From Candidatus Bathyarchaeum tardum (GTDB lineage Archaea; Thermoproteota; Bathyarchaeia; Bathyarchaeales; Bathyarchaeaceae): a stretch of DNA of 64,000 nucleotides. The stretch covers positions 1,408,001-1,472,000 of the forward strand of contig CP122380.1 of the NCBI GenBank assembly GCA_024650005.2. Reading direction: 5' to 3'. Positions 38,814 through 49,143 of this stretch are shown here, piece after piece. Both the position numbers and the translations under genes were made by a program. Below the pieces are notes generated by a model, which did no database searches, was not told where the DNA came from, and saw nothing but the letters and a program-made list of their open reading frames with translations. The stretch's first letter is position 1. Each line of letters begins with the position of its first letter.

Positions 38814-40091
38814 ATGCAACGGCATTGGGGTGAAATTAAAGACCCCGTTCACGGGTATGTTTACATTACTGAAGCAGAAAAGCAGCTCATAGACTCGTAT
38901 CCCGTTCAACGTCTTCGAAGACTGCGACAACTGGCAGGCTCAGAGTTCGTGTATCCAGGAGCAAACCATACCCGCTTTGAGCATTGTTTAGGGGTTATGC
39001 ATCTGGCAGGCAAAGTCGCAGAAAACCAGAACCTCGCCCCCCTTTTGTCAGAAGAAGAAATTCAGACAATTAGAATGGCTTGCCTTCTTCATGATGTTGG
39101 ACATGGTCCTTTTTCTCATGTGTTTGAACATCTTCTGGTCAAATTTTTAGACAAAACCCATGAGGACATGACTCGATGGATAATTGAAGAATCCGAACTG
39201 CGGGACATAATAAACGATGTGGGATACAATCCCGACGATGTGGCAAAACTTGCTGTAGGCAAATTGCGCAAACCCAAAAAAGCGTTCTTGGATCAGATTA
39301 TTCAAAGCGCAGTTGACATCGATAAACTAGATTTCGTGGTAAGGGATACATACCACACGGGAGCAGAATATGGTTACGTGGACATTTTCAGGCTAATTCA
39401 CATGCTGGATGTTCTGGGTGAAAACCTCGCAGTAGATGTTGGAGCCCTGTCCGCATTGGAATCTTTTGTTTTAGCAAGGCTAGAATCTTTCCGAAGCATC
39501 TATTTCCACAGGGTAGGACGAGCGGCTCAAATAATGCTGGCGTCAGCCATGGAAGCAGCAAAGGACGAGTTGAATTTGACAGTTTTTGATTCTCCTGAAG
39601 ATTACCTTGTATTGAACGATTACACTGTTTGGACTAAACTACGGGAATGTGAAAAATCCCGAAAAATAATGGAGAATCTGGAGCGCAGAAAGCTTATGAA
39701 ATGTGCCTACGATCGCACTTTCCATGTTAAAGAAAAGATGGTAACAAGTGTTTTTGGTGTTGACGAAGTTCGAGAGCAAGTCAGAAACAAGATTGCACAA
39801 GAAGCAGCAATTAACCCTGAAGAAATTTATATTGACGTGCCAACGGTGCCTTCTGTTCCGTATCATCATTCAGATTTGCTTGAGCCCATGGAAATTCCGG
39901 TTTTTCAGAAAACTAAAGCAGGAGAAAAAATTCCCTTGCGTTTAAGCGACATTTCTTCAGTATTCGATGTTTTAAAGGGGTTTATCAACATTCTTCGGGT
40001 TTACACAGATGAACAATACGTGGACAAAGTTACTTTAGCAGCGTCAAAGGTTATTGGGGGAACGCCTTCGTCTGCGAAGATTTCTTTTTGA
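38814..40091 (+). CDS. HD domain dNTP triphosphohydrolase (SAMHD1/YwfO-like)
   Basis: IKDPVHG, QRLRRLRQL, HTRFEH, LHDVGHGPFSH, DIDKLD. Confidence 0.92.
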   Translation: MQRHWGEIKDPVHGYVYITEAEKQLIDSYPVQRLRRLRQLAGSEFVYPGANHTRFEHCLGVMHLAGKVAENQNLAPLLSEEEIQTIRMACLLHDVGHGPFSHVFEHLLVKFLDKTHEDMTRWIIEESELRDIINDVGYNPDDVAKLAVGKLRKPKKAFLDQIIQSAVDIDKLDFVVRDTYHTGAEYGYVDIFRLIHMLDVLGENLAVDVGALSALESFVLARLESFRSIYFHRVGRAAQIMLASAMEAAKDELNLTVFDSPEDYLVLNDYTVWTKLRECEKSRKIMENLERRKLMKCAYDRTFHVKEKMVTSVFGVDEVREQVRNKIAQEAAINPEEIYIDVPTVPSVPYHHSDLLEPMEIPVFQKTKAGEKIPLRLSDISSVFDVLKGFINILRVYTDEQYVDKVTLAASKVIGGTPSSAKISF

Positions 40092-40144
40092 TGTCGAAAG
40101 ATTAAAACGTAAGTATGTTATTGAAGGTTGATGTTTCGATTTAG

Positions 40145-40222
40145 GCTCCGATAGTATAGCCAGGTTAAGTATTTCGGCCTTTCGAGCCGAAGACCCGGGT
40201 TCGAATCCCGGTCGGAGCACCA
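40145..40222 (+). tRNA. tRNA-Glu (TTC)
   Basis: Acceptor GCTCCGA/TCGGAGC, anticodon arm TCGGC-CTTTCGA-GCCGA, GGTTCGAATCC, encoded CCA. Confidence 0.97.
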
Positions 40223-40281
40223 ATTATTTAGTATTTTGTTTCTAGAAAAAATTGTTTTCAATATACCCCTTTATTAAGATC

Positions 40282-40593
40282 CTAATTATTCGAGCAGAAG
40301 TGAACTTTTGAAATTAGAGTATATTGTTTCAGTTTTGTTTTTGGGGTTTTGTACAATTTTTTTCGGCAAATTAAAACAACCAGCATTATAGCCCCAATTA
40401 ATGGCAGAACAGCCCATAATGAAAATTCTGGAATCGCATTAATCTCAACAGGAACCATTAAGGGGTTATTGTCGTGATAGTTATCTTGGTTGACTTCTCG
40501 AAAAACATGAGGTATATCTCCTATTCCGTCGCCTTCAGCGTAGTCACCTGAATATTTGTTCCAGTAATTTCCGTCAATCCCATTCCCCTTTTG
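40282..40593 (-). pseudogene. C-terminal remnant of a NosD-type beta-helix surface protein with a PEF-CTERM tail
   Basis: Open frame not in the ORF track: GNYWNKYSGDYAEGDGIGDIPH...DNNPLMVPVEINAIPEFSLWAVLPLIGAIMLVVLICRKK; N-terminus missing. Confidence 0.85.
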
Positions 40594-41819
40594 TTAGATT
40601 TAGACAGTTTTTTCCCGTAGCCCACAGCAGCCACGATCGCAGCAACAACCAAGGGTAAAACAGCCCATGAAGTAAACTCGGGAATATTACCCATTTCATC
40701 AGTTTTTATTAGCAAGAAATCAGAGTTCCCCTCACCAAATAATGGGTAAAATTCTCCAGCTATAGCATAACCCCCGTCAGAGGTTTCAATTAATGAATGG
40801 GCAATTTCATTATCCGAACATCCATATGTTTGAGTCCATTCTTCAGTACCATTAGCATCTGTTTTAATTAACCAAATATCATGATGATATCCATGATCAA
40901 AAAATTGTTTACTACCAGATATAGCGAAGCCTCCATCAGATGTTAATACTACAGAATTTGCCTGTTCATACTTTGATTCTCCATATTTCTTGTTCCACTC
41001 CATATTTCCGCTGGCATCAGTCTTGACTAACCAAAAATGTGATATGGGTAAAGGTGGAGCAAAATTTGCAGTTCCAGCGATTACATAGCCCCCGTCAGCT
41101 GTTTCATCTACAAAATATGCACTTTCCCAACACCGCGTGCTATATTCGTATGTTTGGCTCCATTCTATATTTCCAAAACTGTTGGTTTTAATTAACCAAA
41201 AATCAGGATGTGTAGAATTAAGAGAGAAGAAGTTGCCAGCCAAAGCAAATCCCCCATCAGAAGTTGTTGTCAATGAAAAAAGATTTGCAAATGCATTTCC
41301 TCCGTATTTTCTTGTCCACTCCAGATTTCCAAGAGAATCAGTTTTTATTAGCTGATTGCTGCCACAAAAAGCATATCCACCATCTGATGTTTCAATCAAG
41401 AACTTAGCTTTTGCTGAGCCGTAAGTTTTATTCCATTGAATATTTCCAATCGAATCAGTCTTAATTAGCCAACAATCGTATAATCCACCCGCTATGGCGT
41501 ATCCCCCATCAGAAGTTTCAATAACCGATCCAACTGAATCATATTTTTTCAGTTCATATGTTTGATTCCATTCCATTATTCCAGCTAAATCGGTTTTAAC
41601 TAATAAAAAAGCCTTATTTTCTTCTCCTTCAGTAACCTCACGAGTGTAACCTCCAATAACATATCCGTTGTCAGACGTTTCTATCACCCAATGGGCAACT
41701 TCATGCTGTGAACTTTCATAAATTTGGTTCCACATCAACGAAGAACCAAAAACTGAACCAATTGGCAAAACCAAAGACAATGCAAATAAAATGACAAGTA
41801 AATGTTCTAGTTTCATCAT
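40521..41819 (-). CDS. Surface beta-propeller repeat protein with PEF-CTERM-like tail
   Basis: Signal peptide; repeated TSDGGYAIAG/LIKTD..G...W.QTY units; IPEF + TM + KK. Confidence 0.88.
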   Translation of the reverse strand: MMKLEHLLVILFALSLVLPIGSVFGSSLMWNQIYESSQHEVAHWVIETSDNGYVIGGYTREVTEGEENKAFLLVKTDLAGIMEWNQTYELKKYDSVGSVIETSDGGYAIAGGLYDCWLIKTDSIGNIQWNKTYGSAKAKFLIETSDGGYAFCGSNQLIKTDSLGNLEWTRKYGGNAFANLFSLTTTSDGGFALAGNFFSLNSTHPDFWLIKTNSFGNIEWSQTYEYSTRCWESAYFVDETADGGYVIAGTANFAPPLPISHFWLVKTDASGNMEWNKKYGESKYEQANSVVLTSDGGFAISGSKQFFDHGYHHDIWLIKTDANGTEEWTQTYGCSDNEIAHSLIETSDGGYAIAGEFYPLFGEGNSDFLLIKTDEMGNIPEFTSWAVLPLVVAAIVAAVGYGKKLSKSNKRGMGLTEITGTNIQVTTLKATE

Positions 41820-43030
41820 TTTTTTCTCCCCAGTTTAAAATCAAGTCTAAAAAATATTGACAACATAACAACAACAGATACTCCTACAACTAAAAGAATC
41901 CCTGAGGGAAACTCTGGGATGTACCCTGAAGGAATATACTTTTCTACTGTGGCAGTAACACTTACTGGCTTAACAAGGAACCCTATTGCTCCACCCACTG
42001 CATATAAAATATCGTCAACAACAATCAGATGGATGTTATATCTACTGACCCCCATCGAAGCGCCTAAGTTCCAATCGTCTTCTTCTGGGTTGTACACATA
42101 TGTGGTGTCTGTAGGATCTACAAATCCTGTAAATCCGCCCACAACGTAGATTCGTCTTGGCGCAAATTTACCTGTTGTTGCCACAATATTTGGTTGGTTA
42201 AGTTCGATTGGAAGATTTTTCCCAAAAATCCACACGTCATTTTTTACGTTGTATATTTGGTTATACCCGCCTTCACTGGGTACCAAAAAGTAGATACTGT
42301 TTTCGATCGCAACTGTGTAGTAACTATAAGCAGCAGGTATGGGCATTGTAAATTTTTGCGTCCAACTATCATCAGTAGTATCGTAGACCCAAATACTGTC
42401 CTTGAAAATGCAGTAAATATGGTCACCGAAAACATGAGCAGTAAATTCGCCATTAACAGGAATAGATGTTTTTCTTTCCCAACTATCGGTTACCGGATTG
42501 TATGCCTCGTTAACTTGGGAATAAATGGTTTCAGATTTCTCATAGTTATATCCAATTGCTCCGCCTAAAACGTAGATTTTTCCGTCAACCATCTTAGTTT
42601 GCATACCAGATCTATTTGTAGGTAGAGATGCCTTAGTTTCCCAAATATCCATAATTGGATCATACACTTCATTAACCCCAAGGTATGACTCCTCCTTTGA
42701 GTATCCACATATACAGTAGATTTTGTCTTGGAAAACAAAAGTTCCAAAACCACTTCTTGGCGTTGGCATAGGCTCTTTAGTAACCCAAGTATCAGATGCA
42801 AGATCGTATTCTTCATTAGTGCCGTAATATACCTGCTGACTTGAATTGGAACCACCAATAGCATAGATTTTTCTATCCATTGCCACAAGCTCAAAATTTT
42901 CTCTCAAAGTAGGCATCGGCTCCACAGTTGTCCAAGAATCCTCAGTTGCCCAAACTAAAGGGGTTAATAAAGCGGGCAGAACAACAGGAAGAAACAACAA
43001 AAGAGCAAACAGAGATGCAGATAGTTTCAC
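41816..43030 (-). CDS. Kelch-repeat surface protein with PEF-CTERM-like tail
   Basis: MPTPR, IYAIGG, YD..D.W repeats; IPEFP + TM + basic tail. Confidence 0.9.
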   Translation of the reverse strand: MKLSASLFALLLFLPVVLPALLTPLVWATEDSWTTVEPMPTLRENFELVAMDRKIYAIGGSNSSQQVYYGTNEEYDLASDTWVTKEPMPTPRSGFGTFVFQDKIYCICGYSKEESYLGVNEVYDPIMDIWETKASLPTNRSGMQTKMVDGKIYVLGGAIGYNYEKSETIYSQVNEAYNPVTDSWERKTSIPVNGEFTAHVFGDHIYCIFKDSIWVYDTTDDSWTQKFTMPIPAAYSYYTVAIENSIYFLVPSEGGYNQIYNVKNDVWIFGKNLPIELNQPNIVATTGKFAPRRIYVVGGFTGFVDPTDTTYVYNPEEDDWNLGASMGVSRYNIHLIVVDDILYAVGGAIGFLVKPVSVTATVEKYIPSGYIPEFPSGILLVVGVSVVVMLSIFFRLDFKLGRKK

Positions 43031-43887
43031 TGTTCCTCTCTCATTTGGCTTAGTTTTTGTCTATATATGATTGCCACAACCAAGAAAGCAACTAAGAAAA
43101 TCAGTAGGGGTGTCCAGAAGGGAAACTCTGCGATTAAAGTATCGTCAACTGGTTCCATTAGTAGATAATTGTCAGCGTCTCCATAATCTTCAGGAGAAGT
43201 GGTAATCACATAGGGTGTGTCACCTATTCCATCATTGTTTTCATCTGAGCCGTTGTAGTCACTCCAGTAGTTTCTATCCACATCAGGTTCTGGAGACAAC
43301 CAAACTATGATGAAATTGCCGTCTATGAAGCTGTTTTCGGTGATCACCTGAACGCCTCCACTGTAAGCTATGGATATGGGATTAACGTTATTTACGAACG
43401 TGTTATTTTTGATGAGAAAATCATTTGGACTACCCATCACATTGATACCAATAAAACAGTCTGCTATGTAGTTAGCAATGATTGTGTTATTTGCGGTGTT
43501 GACATGTGCTACACCACAGCTAAAGTTTACGATTCGCATGTCCTTCACGGTTACATTGGATATTTTAGGACGAGACAGGTCTGACCCACGGTCATTCGAA
43601 AGGTCTATTCCTCTCTGATTTTCAACTCCATTTCCTTGAACAGTGTAGCCTGCCCCATCAAGCACAATGTTGCTCTTCTGAACCTGAATCCCCGCAGATA
43701 TGTTACCCGTTAAGACATAGATTTCACCATTTCGTTGTATCTTGTCTGTTCCCTCAACGGCTCCATCAGAACGGATGTAAATTGTGCCTTCTGCCTTCAC
43801 TAGCCCAATATTTGGAATAGAAAGTAATAAAACACAAAAAATAAGCAATACAAGAAGCGTCGCCTTTGTTTCCAGTATCATGGACAC
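43027..43887 (-). CDS. NosD/right-handed beta-helix surface protein with PEF-like tail
   Basis: IYIRSDG, NIVLDGAG, NYWSDYNGSDENNDGIGDTPY, IAEFP + TM + basic tail. Confidence 0.88.
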   Translation of the reverse strand: MSMILETKATLLVLLIFCVLLLSIPNIGLVKAEGTIYIRSDGAVEGTDKIQRNGEIYVLTGNISAGIQVQKSNIVLDGAGYTVQGNGVENQRGIDLSNDRGSDLSRPKISNVTVKDMRIVNFSCGVAHVNTANNTIIANYIADCFIGINVMGSPNDFLIKNNTFVNNVNPISIAYSGGVQVITENSFIDGNFIIVWLSPEPDVDRNYWSDYNGSDENNDGIGDTPYVITTSPEDYGDADNYLLMEPVDDTLIAEFPFWTPLLIFLVAFLVVAIIYRQKLSQMREEQ

Positions 43888-43925
43888 CTATAATTCATAT
43901 CTTAGCAGATAGGAAAAGGGTTTTT

Positions 43926-43977
43926 GTCAAGAAAACTTGACTAAACTGGAGTTTGTTTGGTCAAATATTTTTGACCA
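43926..43977. promoter_or_regulatory. Two GTCAA-N6-TTGAC palindromic operators
   Basis: GTCAAgaaaacTTGAC (43926-43941) and GTCAAatatttTTGAC (43960-43975) upstream of the surface-protein operon. Confidence 0.6.
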
Positions 43978-44084
43978 GAATCATGGACTTGACAATATGC
44001 AGCCAGAAGAGGCAAATATTACATGCCTCGAGTTAAAAATTTTGCAGATGACTATGGCGATTCTTTCAATATGATTAAACTGCT

Positions 44085-44378
44085 TTCCAAAATTTAGGAT
44101 ATTTGATGGAACATAAGATACGATTAATGCTCATATAAGTGTTAAGAAGACACTGGGCAACCCGAAGATTAAAAACAATCGTTTATTTATGCCATGTTGA
44201 AAAAAGTTATTCTGCCAAGATTTCCAGACATATAAAATATAGCCACTAAAATTAGGGCTGTTTTAAAATCCAACAAGAACAAAGCGATTTGTAAAAAGAT
44301 AGTAGAAGAACTAACGCCAGCCATTGAACCTATTATTTCAGAAAAAAATGCTGCTAGGAAAAATAATATTTCATTCAC
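44085..44378 (-). pseudogene. TSUP/TauE-SafE permease pseudogene
   Basis: N-terminal SEIIGSMAG..SS; frameshift to QHGINKRLFLIFGLPSVFLTLI, then an in-frame TGA, then truncation; end coordinate approximate. Confidence 0.75.
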
Positions 44379-44479
44379 AATATCAATTTAGCTGTAGCCA
44401 GAGATAAATCTTAAAGTGATTAAATATATTCTTGGAAGCTACAACATGCATTAAACGGTTATGAAAGGGTAAATAGGCA

Positions 44480-45676
44480 ATGTTTAAAACCAAAGATTCA
44501 CCGAAAAGTGTGTTTGTGATACTTTGCCTTATGGGTTTATTTGCCATTCTGAGTTCAACCTTGTCTAAGAACCCTGTTTTGAAACCTTTTGCAACAAGCC
44601 TTGGTGCTCCAAATGATTTAGTGGGTTTAGTAGCCTCATCTTCAACTATTCCCGGAATTCTTGTCAGTTTACCTGCAGCGTCCCTTTCAGATGTTTTTGG
44701 TAGACGCAAAATCCTGATGTTTTCAGCATTTATTTTTGCTTCCGCACCGTTTCTTTATTTATTTGTTACCTCATGGTGGCAATTAATTCCTGTCCGTTTC
44801 TACCATGGTTTCGCAACTGCAATTTTTGTTCCCGTTACTGAAGCTACAATTGCTGAAAAATTTCCAACAAAACTAGGAGAACGGATTTCATTGTTTTCTT
44901 CAGTCACTGCAGCTGGAAGGGCAACAGCGCCTTTCTTAGGAGGATATATCTTGTTTTTAACTGATTACGGCTACAAGTCGTTGTATTTGGCGGTAGGAAT
45001 AGCAGGTGTTACCGCCTTTATAACTGGACTATTGTTTTTAGTTGAACAAAAGAAAACTAAAACCCAAGATTCCAACTATAACCCAACGAAAGGCAAAATG
45101 GTTCAAGGATGGCTTAAAGTAGCTAAGAATCATGACCTTCAGGTAGTAGGCTTAATTCAGGCAAGCCAATACTATGTTTTTGGTTCGGTAGAATTCTTTT
45201 TGGTCGGCTACTTGGCAGAAGTTGCAAGATTGGATCCTTTTTCTATAGGCGTGATCATGGGCAGCCAAGTAATAGTTCTCATTTTAGCAAGACCGTTTAT
45301 GGGAAAAGTATCAGATAAGATTGGGCGGGGGATTCCAATAGTATTAGGTTCAATAATAAGTTGTGTGATATTAGCAGTTTTTCCATTCAGTACGCATTTT
45401 CTAACTTTATTGTTTCTTTCAATGATGTATGGACTTGGATTTGCAACTGTAATTGCTTCTACATCACCATTGACCTGTGAAATAGTTCCTTCTAATCTGT
45501 TAGGAACCTCATTGGGTTTTCTTAGTACACTAATGGATGTTGGCCAAACACTTGGACCAATAATCAGCGGAATAATTCTGGCGACGAGCCTTCAATATTC
45601 ATCAATATTTTTTTCTTTAAGCCTTATTTTAATTGCTTCCACCATAGTTTTTTTGTGCAAAGTGCCAAAAACATGA
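44480..45676 (+). CDS. MFS transporter
   Basis: SLSDVFGRRK and GKVSDKIGR motif A; about 12 TM. Confidence 0.93.
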   Translation: MFKTKDSPKSVFVILCLMGLFAILSSTLSKNPVLKPFATSLGAPNDLVGLVASSSTIPGILVSLPAASLSDVFGRRKILMFSAFIFASAPFLYLFVTSWWQLIPVRFYHGFATAIFVPVTEATIAEKFPTKLGERISLFSSVTAAGRATAPFLGGYILFLTDYGYKSLYLAVGIAGVTAFITGLLFLVEQKKTKTQDSNYNPTKGKMVQGWLKVAKNHDLQVVGLIQASQYYVFGSVEFFLVGYLAEVARLDPFSIGVIMGSQVIVLILARPFMGKVSDKIGRGIPIVLGSIISCVILAVFPFSTHFLTLLFLSMMYGLGFATVIASTSPLTCEIVPSNLLGTSLGFLSTLMDVGQTLGPIISGIILATSLQYSSIFFSLSLILIASTIVFLCKVPKT

Positions 45677-45729
45677 AGAAACGCCAAAAAATGTAGTGTA
45701 GCACATAAGAGTGTAACATTTAACTGCCT

Positions 45730-46080
45730 ATGAGTGCTTCATTTAGCATAATGCTCTCTGCGGATCATCCTACAGACAATCCCTCCATGATAATGATGCT
45801 TTCTTCCATGATCAAGTTCCCGTTAGTTTTCATAAGCGGCATATTCAGCCCACTTGAAGAATTGCCTGTTTGGGGAAAAACTGTCTCATCCATATCACCT
45901 CTGACCTATTTTACCGACCTGGCAAAATATACGATACAAGGCAACAGCTATTACCCAATTGAAGTAGATATCATGGTCCTCATAGCATTCACAATCGCAT
46001 TTCTAGTTGTAGCAATAAAAATCCATGAAAACACAATCCAAAAACGATTATGGAAATTCAGAAACATAGATGCCAAATGA
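45730..46080 (+). pseudogene. C-terminal fragment of an ABC-2 permease
   Basis: FPLVFISGIF.P..LP.W..SPLTY parallels the C-half of 61020-61772; N-half and ATPase partner absent. Confidence 0.7.
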
Positions 46081-46269
46081 ATAACCGACTAATTTAATCT
46101 TCAATGCAGTCCTCTGCTACGAAACAAACTTAAACAACAGCTAAAGAAAAGAAAAAAATACTGAATAGTTTTATGGGGGCGGATACTTTAAAAGGAAACA
46201 AATTTATCGGGATAAAACTTTTTGATGTATTGGTGCTTAAATAGTTTTTTTAGTACATAACTTAGCTTA

Positions 46270-47265
46270 ATGGAATGGCTCAAAATGGTTCTAGAACAAC
46301 TAGGATTAATTGGAAATATTATTGTTCTAATTGTTTCATTAGGGGTTCTAATTAAATCGAGTAGCTTAACAATTAATAATTCAGTTAACCTGGCAAGTGT
46401 TACAGGCTTAGGAAAAACAAAAGTTGGATTTATACTAGTTGCGTTTTCCACCTCTTTACCAGAACTTTTTGTTGCAACTTTTGCAATTTTAGATCAAGGA
46501 ACAGTTGGCATTTCACTGGGCAACATTTTAGGATCAAACATAATGAACATATGCTTAATTCTTGGAATCGGATTTCTATTAATGGCTATTAAATATCCTG
46601 AAAGTGCAGGGTTTTTCACAAAAATGACCAGGGATGAAGTAGGAAACCTTAATTTTGGAGTCTTTGTTGCATCGATAGTGCCGTTACTATTGCTTTACTT
46701 TGGATATGCTACCCAAATCATGGGTTTTATTTTGATAGGTCTTTTTATTTATAACATGTATGACCTTGTCAGAAAAAGAGAAACTGTTCAACAAATTTCT
46801 GATACTGCAGAAAAATCGGAACGAAAAAAATACCTCATTAAAGCTGTGTTTGGAATATTTGGAGTCGTCACTTCTTCATTTTTCATAATCGAATCAGCAT
46901 CCTTTTTAGCTTTAATTGCAGGCATTCCACCAATCATCATTGGAGCTACAGTAGTAGCTTTTGGAACAAGTATCCCAGAACTGGTAACAAGCGTAGATTC
47001 AATAAGAAAAGGCTTCATAGACCTTGCCCTTGGAAATGTCATTGGAAGCTGTTTTATTAACATCACATTAGTTTTAGGATTTACTTTTATATTTGCACCC
47101 TTAAACGTAGACGTTTCAGCATTTTCAGATTTAATACTATTTTCATTAATCGCTAACATAGTACTAGGTTACATAATTCAGAATTCAAGCATTGGAAAAC
47201 GCGAAGGAATAACCTTGTTACTAATTTACGCAATATTTTTAGTGGTAAGTTTTGGACAAGGCTAA
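46270..47265 (+). CDS. Ca2+/Na+ antiporter (CaCA, YrbG-like)
   Basis: STSLPE..GNILGSN and GTSIPE..GNVIGS alpha repeats. Confidence 0.93.
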   Translation: MEWLKMVLEQLGLIGNIIVLIVSLGVLIKSSSLTINNSVNLASVTGLGKTKVGFILVAFSTSLPELFVATFAILDQGTVGISLGNILGSNIMNICLILGIGFLLMAIKYPESAGFFTKMTRDEVGNLNFGVFVASIVPLLLLYFGYATQIMGFILIGLFIYNMYDLVRKRETVQQISDTAEKSERKKYLIKAVFGIFGVVTSSFFIIESASFLALIAGIPPIIIGATVVAFGTSIPELVTSVDSIRKGFIDLALGNVIGSCFINITLVLGFTFIFAPLNVDVSAFSDLILFSLIANIVLGYIIQNSSIGKREGITLLLIYAIFLVVSFGQG

Positions 47266-47319
47266 CATCTATTGAAAAATTATTTTAAACAACAATTTTT
47301 GCCTCTAATTTTTGAAAGT

Positions 47320-47776
47320 CTAATCTTTATTAACATTTTTTACAATTAAAACCGGGCAAGGTGCTTCATCCACTACTCTGTCACTAACACCGCCCAAAAA
47401 AAATTTTTTTAATTTCACCTAAGCCTCTGCTGCCAATCACGATAAAATCAAAAGATTCTAGGTTGGCAGTTTCAACTATTTTGTCTGCAGGTCTTCCTTC
47501 TAACAGTTTAGTTGTAAATTTTGTTTTAAGACTAAAATTTTTTGCTTTTCGGCTAATGTCTTCAAGAATTTTTTTATGATAATTAATTAATTTTTCTTTG
47601 TAATTTTTCGTGCTAAGCGGAGTAAATACTGATCCCTGCGCCAACAAGGAATTCGATGGAATATCAACAACTGTTAAGGCCATAACTTCTGCTGAATAAT
47701 TTTTTGCCAAGCTTAAAGCATAATCTAACGAAAGAAAGGATAATTCTGAACCATCAACAGCCAAAAGGATTTTTTT
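47320..47776 (-). pseudogene. Universal stress protein, frameshifted
   Basis: KKILLAVDGS and GSRGLG motifs; removing one base from the A8 run at 47396-47403 restores LGGVSDRVVDEAPCPVLIVK; no canonical start before KKIL. Confidence 0.75.
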
Positions 47777-48090
47777 TAATTAAACAAATCACAATACAAT
47801 AAACATTCAGCGGTTAGTATATTTTTTGGATTTAATTGCTTTTTCATTTTTTCACCTTCGATTGCTTGTGTAAAAACCTCAGTAGACCCATTTCTTTAAA
47901 GTAAATTCATATTGGTTTTATATCGTTTTGTTTGTTCAGGTATTTAGTTAAAGCATAGTAAAATTATGCGGCAGGGATTTCAGCCTAAATTTACTAGTAA
48001 AATATTGTTCCTTTGCAAAACGCCGCTTTTTTTAAAGATTAAAATCTAACCCAAAAACTATTTAAGAATTTAAAATTAAAGATAGCAAGT

Positions 48091-48315
48091 ATGAAAATAG
48101 TATATTTGAAAGTGTTGGGTTATGTTGGTGAAGTTCTCGGTACTTTAATGTTAATAGCAGGATTTTTTCTATTGTTCAATTATCCAAGCCAAGAATATAG
48201 ATTGCTTGAAATTGTTCTGTTTTCGGTTGGAGCATTTCTTTTGGGACTAGGACTAATTAGCTATATATTATTCCGCAACAAAACTACAGGAATTGTATTC
48301 CAAAAAGCATGTTGA
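48091..48315 (+). CDS. Small 2-TM membrane protein
   Basis: 74-aa hydrophobic ORF. Confidence 0.55.
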   Translation: MKIVYLKVLGYVGEVLGTLMLIAGFFLLFNYPSQEYRLLEIVLFSVGAFLLGLGLISYILFRNKTTGIVFQKAC

Positions 48316-48443
48316 AACCTACATGTTTTGTATTAGTCTACCTGCTAAACCATTTGAAAATCATCCAAAAATATGAATTTAAGAAAAACTATCCTTTTTT
48401 ATTCAGATTTTTTGTGTCTATTACAATCTAGATAAATTTTAAT

Positions 48444-48884
48444 TTGTCTAAATTAACTATTTATAACATGCTACAAAAAATCCCAGACTCGTTAGCTCCA
48501 TGCGGAGTCTATTGTGAGGCGTGTCCTTCATTTAAAAAAAGCTGTAATGGTTGTGGTTCTGAAAACAAAAATCAAAAAAGAAAAAGCAAGTGGAGCTGCA
48601 AAATAAGGGTATGCTGTTTTGAAAAAAATAATTTTAATTTCTGTTATGAATGTGAAAAATTTCCCTGCAAAGAATATTCTAAAAAATTAACTGAATCCCA
48701 TAAAGGAGATAAAAAATATCAATATAGGCATGAACTGCCAAGCAACTTAAAAAGAATAAAAAAGATTGGAATACAAAAGTGGTTAAGAGAACAAAAAACA
48801 AGATGGCAATGTCCAAAATGTTCTGGAACAATAAAATTTTATCATTATAAATGTCCAGATTGTGGATTGAAAAAACAAATATAA
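48444..48884 (+). CDS. DUF3795 family Cys-rich protein
   Basis: APCGVYCEAC, CNGC, FCYECEKFPC, WQCPKC. Confidence 0.85.
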   Translation: MSKLTIYNMLQKIPDSLAPCGVYCEACPSFKKSCNGCGSENKNQKRKSKWSCKIRVCCFEKNNFNFCYECEKFPCKEYSKKLTESHKGDKKYQYRHELPSNLKRIKKIGIQKWLREQKTRWQCPKCSGTIKFYHYKCPDCGLKKQI

Positions 48885-48894
48885 AGGCGTAAAA

Positions 48895-48982
48895 TGGTGC
48901 GGGGAGAGGGATTCGAACCCTCGAACTCCTACGAGACAGCCGCCTCAGGGCTGCGCCTTTGACCTGGCTTGGCAACCCCCGC
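48895..48982 (-). tRNA. tRNA-Leu (GAG)
   Basis: GCGGGGG acceptor, CAGCC-CTGAGGC-GGCTG anticodon arm, long variable arm, encoded CCA. Confidence 0.97.
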
Positions 48983-49143
48983 AGTTGTGCAACAGGAAAT
49001 AACATAACCGATATGCTTGAAATTAAATCTTGTCCAGACAATTCTAGACATGCTGATTATTGTTGCGTGTTAGAATGCACAAGTTTGGTTCATAAAGCTT
49101 TTACTTGCGTGACTCGCAGTTACTAGTTCAGAGTTGAACAAAC

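Noticed and set aside
33094-40091. HD proteins, CYTH and a PD-(D/E)XK-like gene as a defence island
   Set aside because: Interspersed with conserved housekeeping genes (UPF0147, UPF0148, tmk), mixed orientation, no mobility signal
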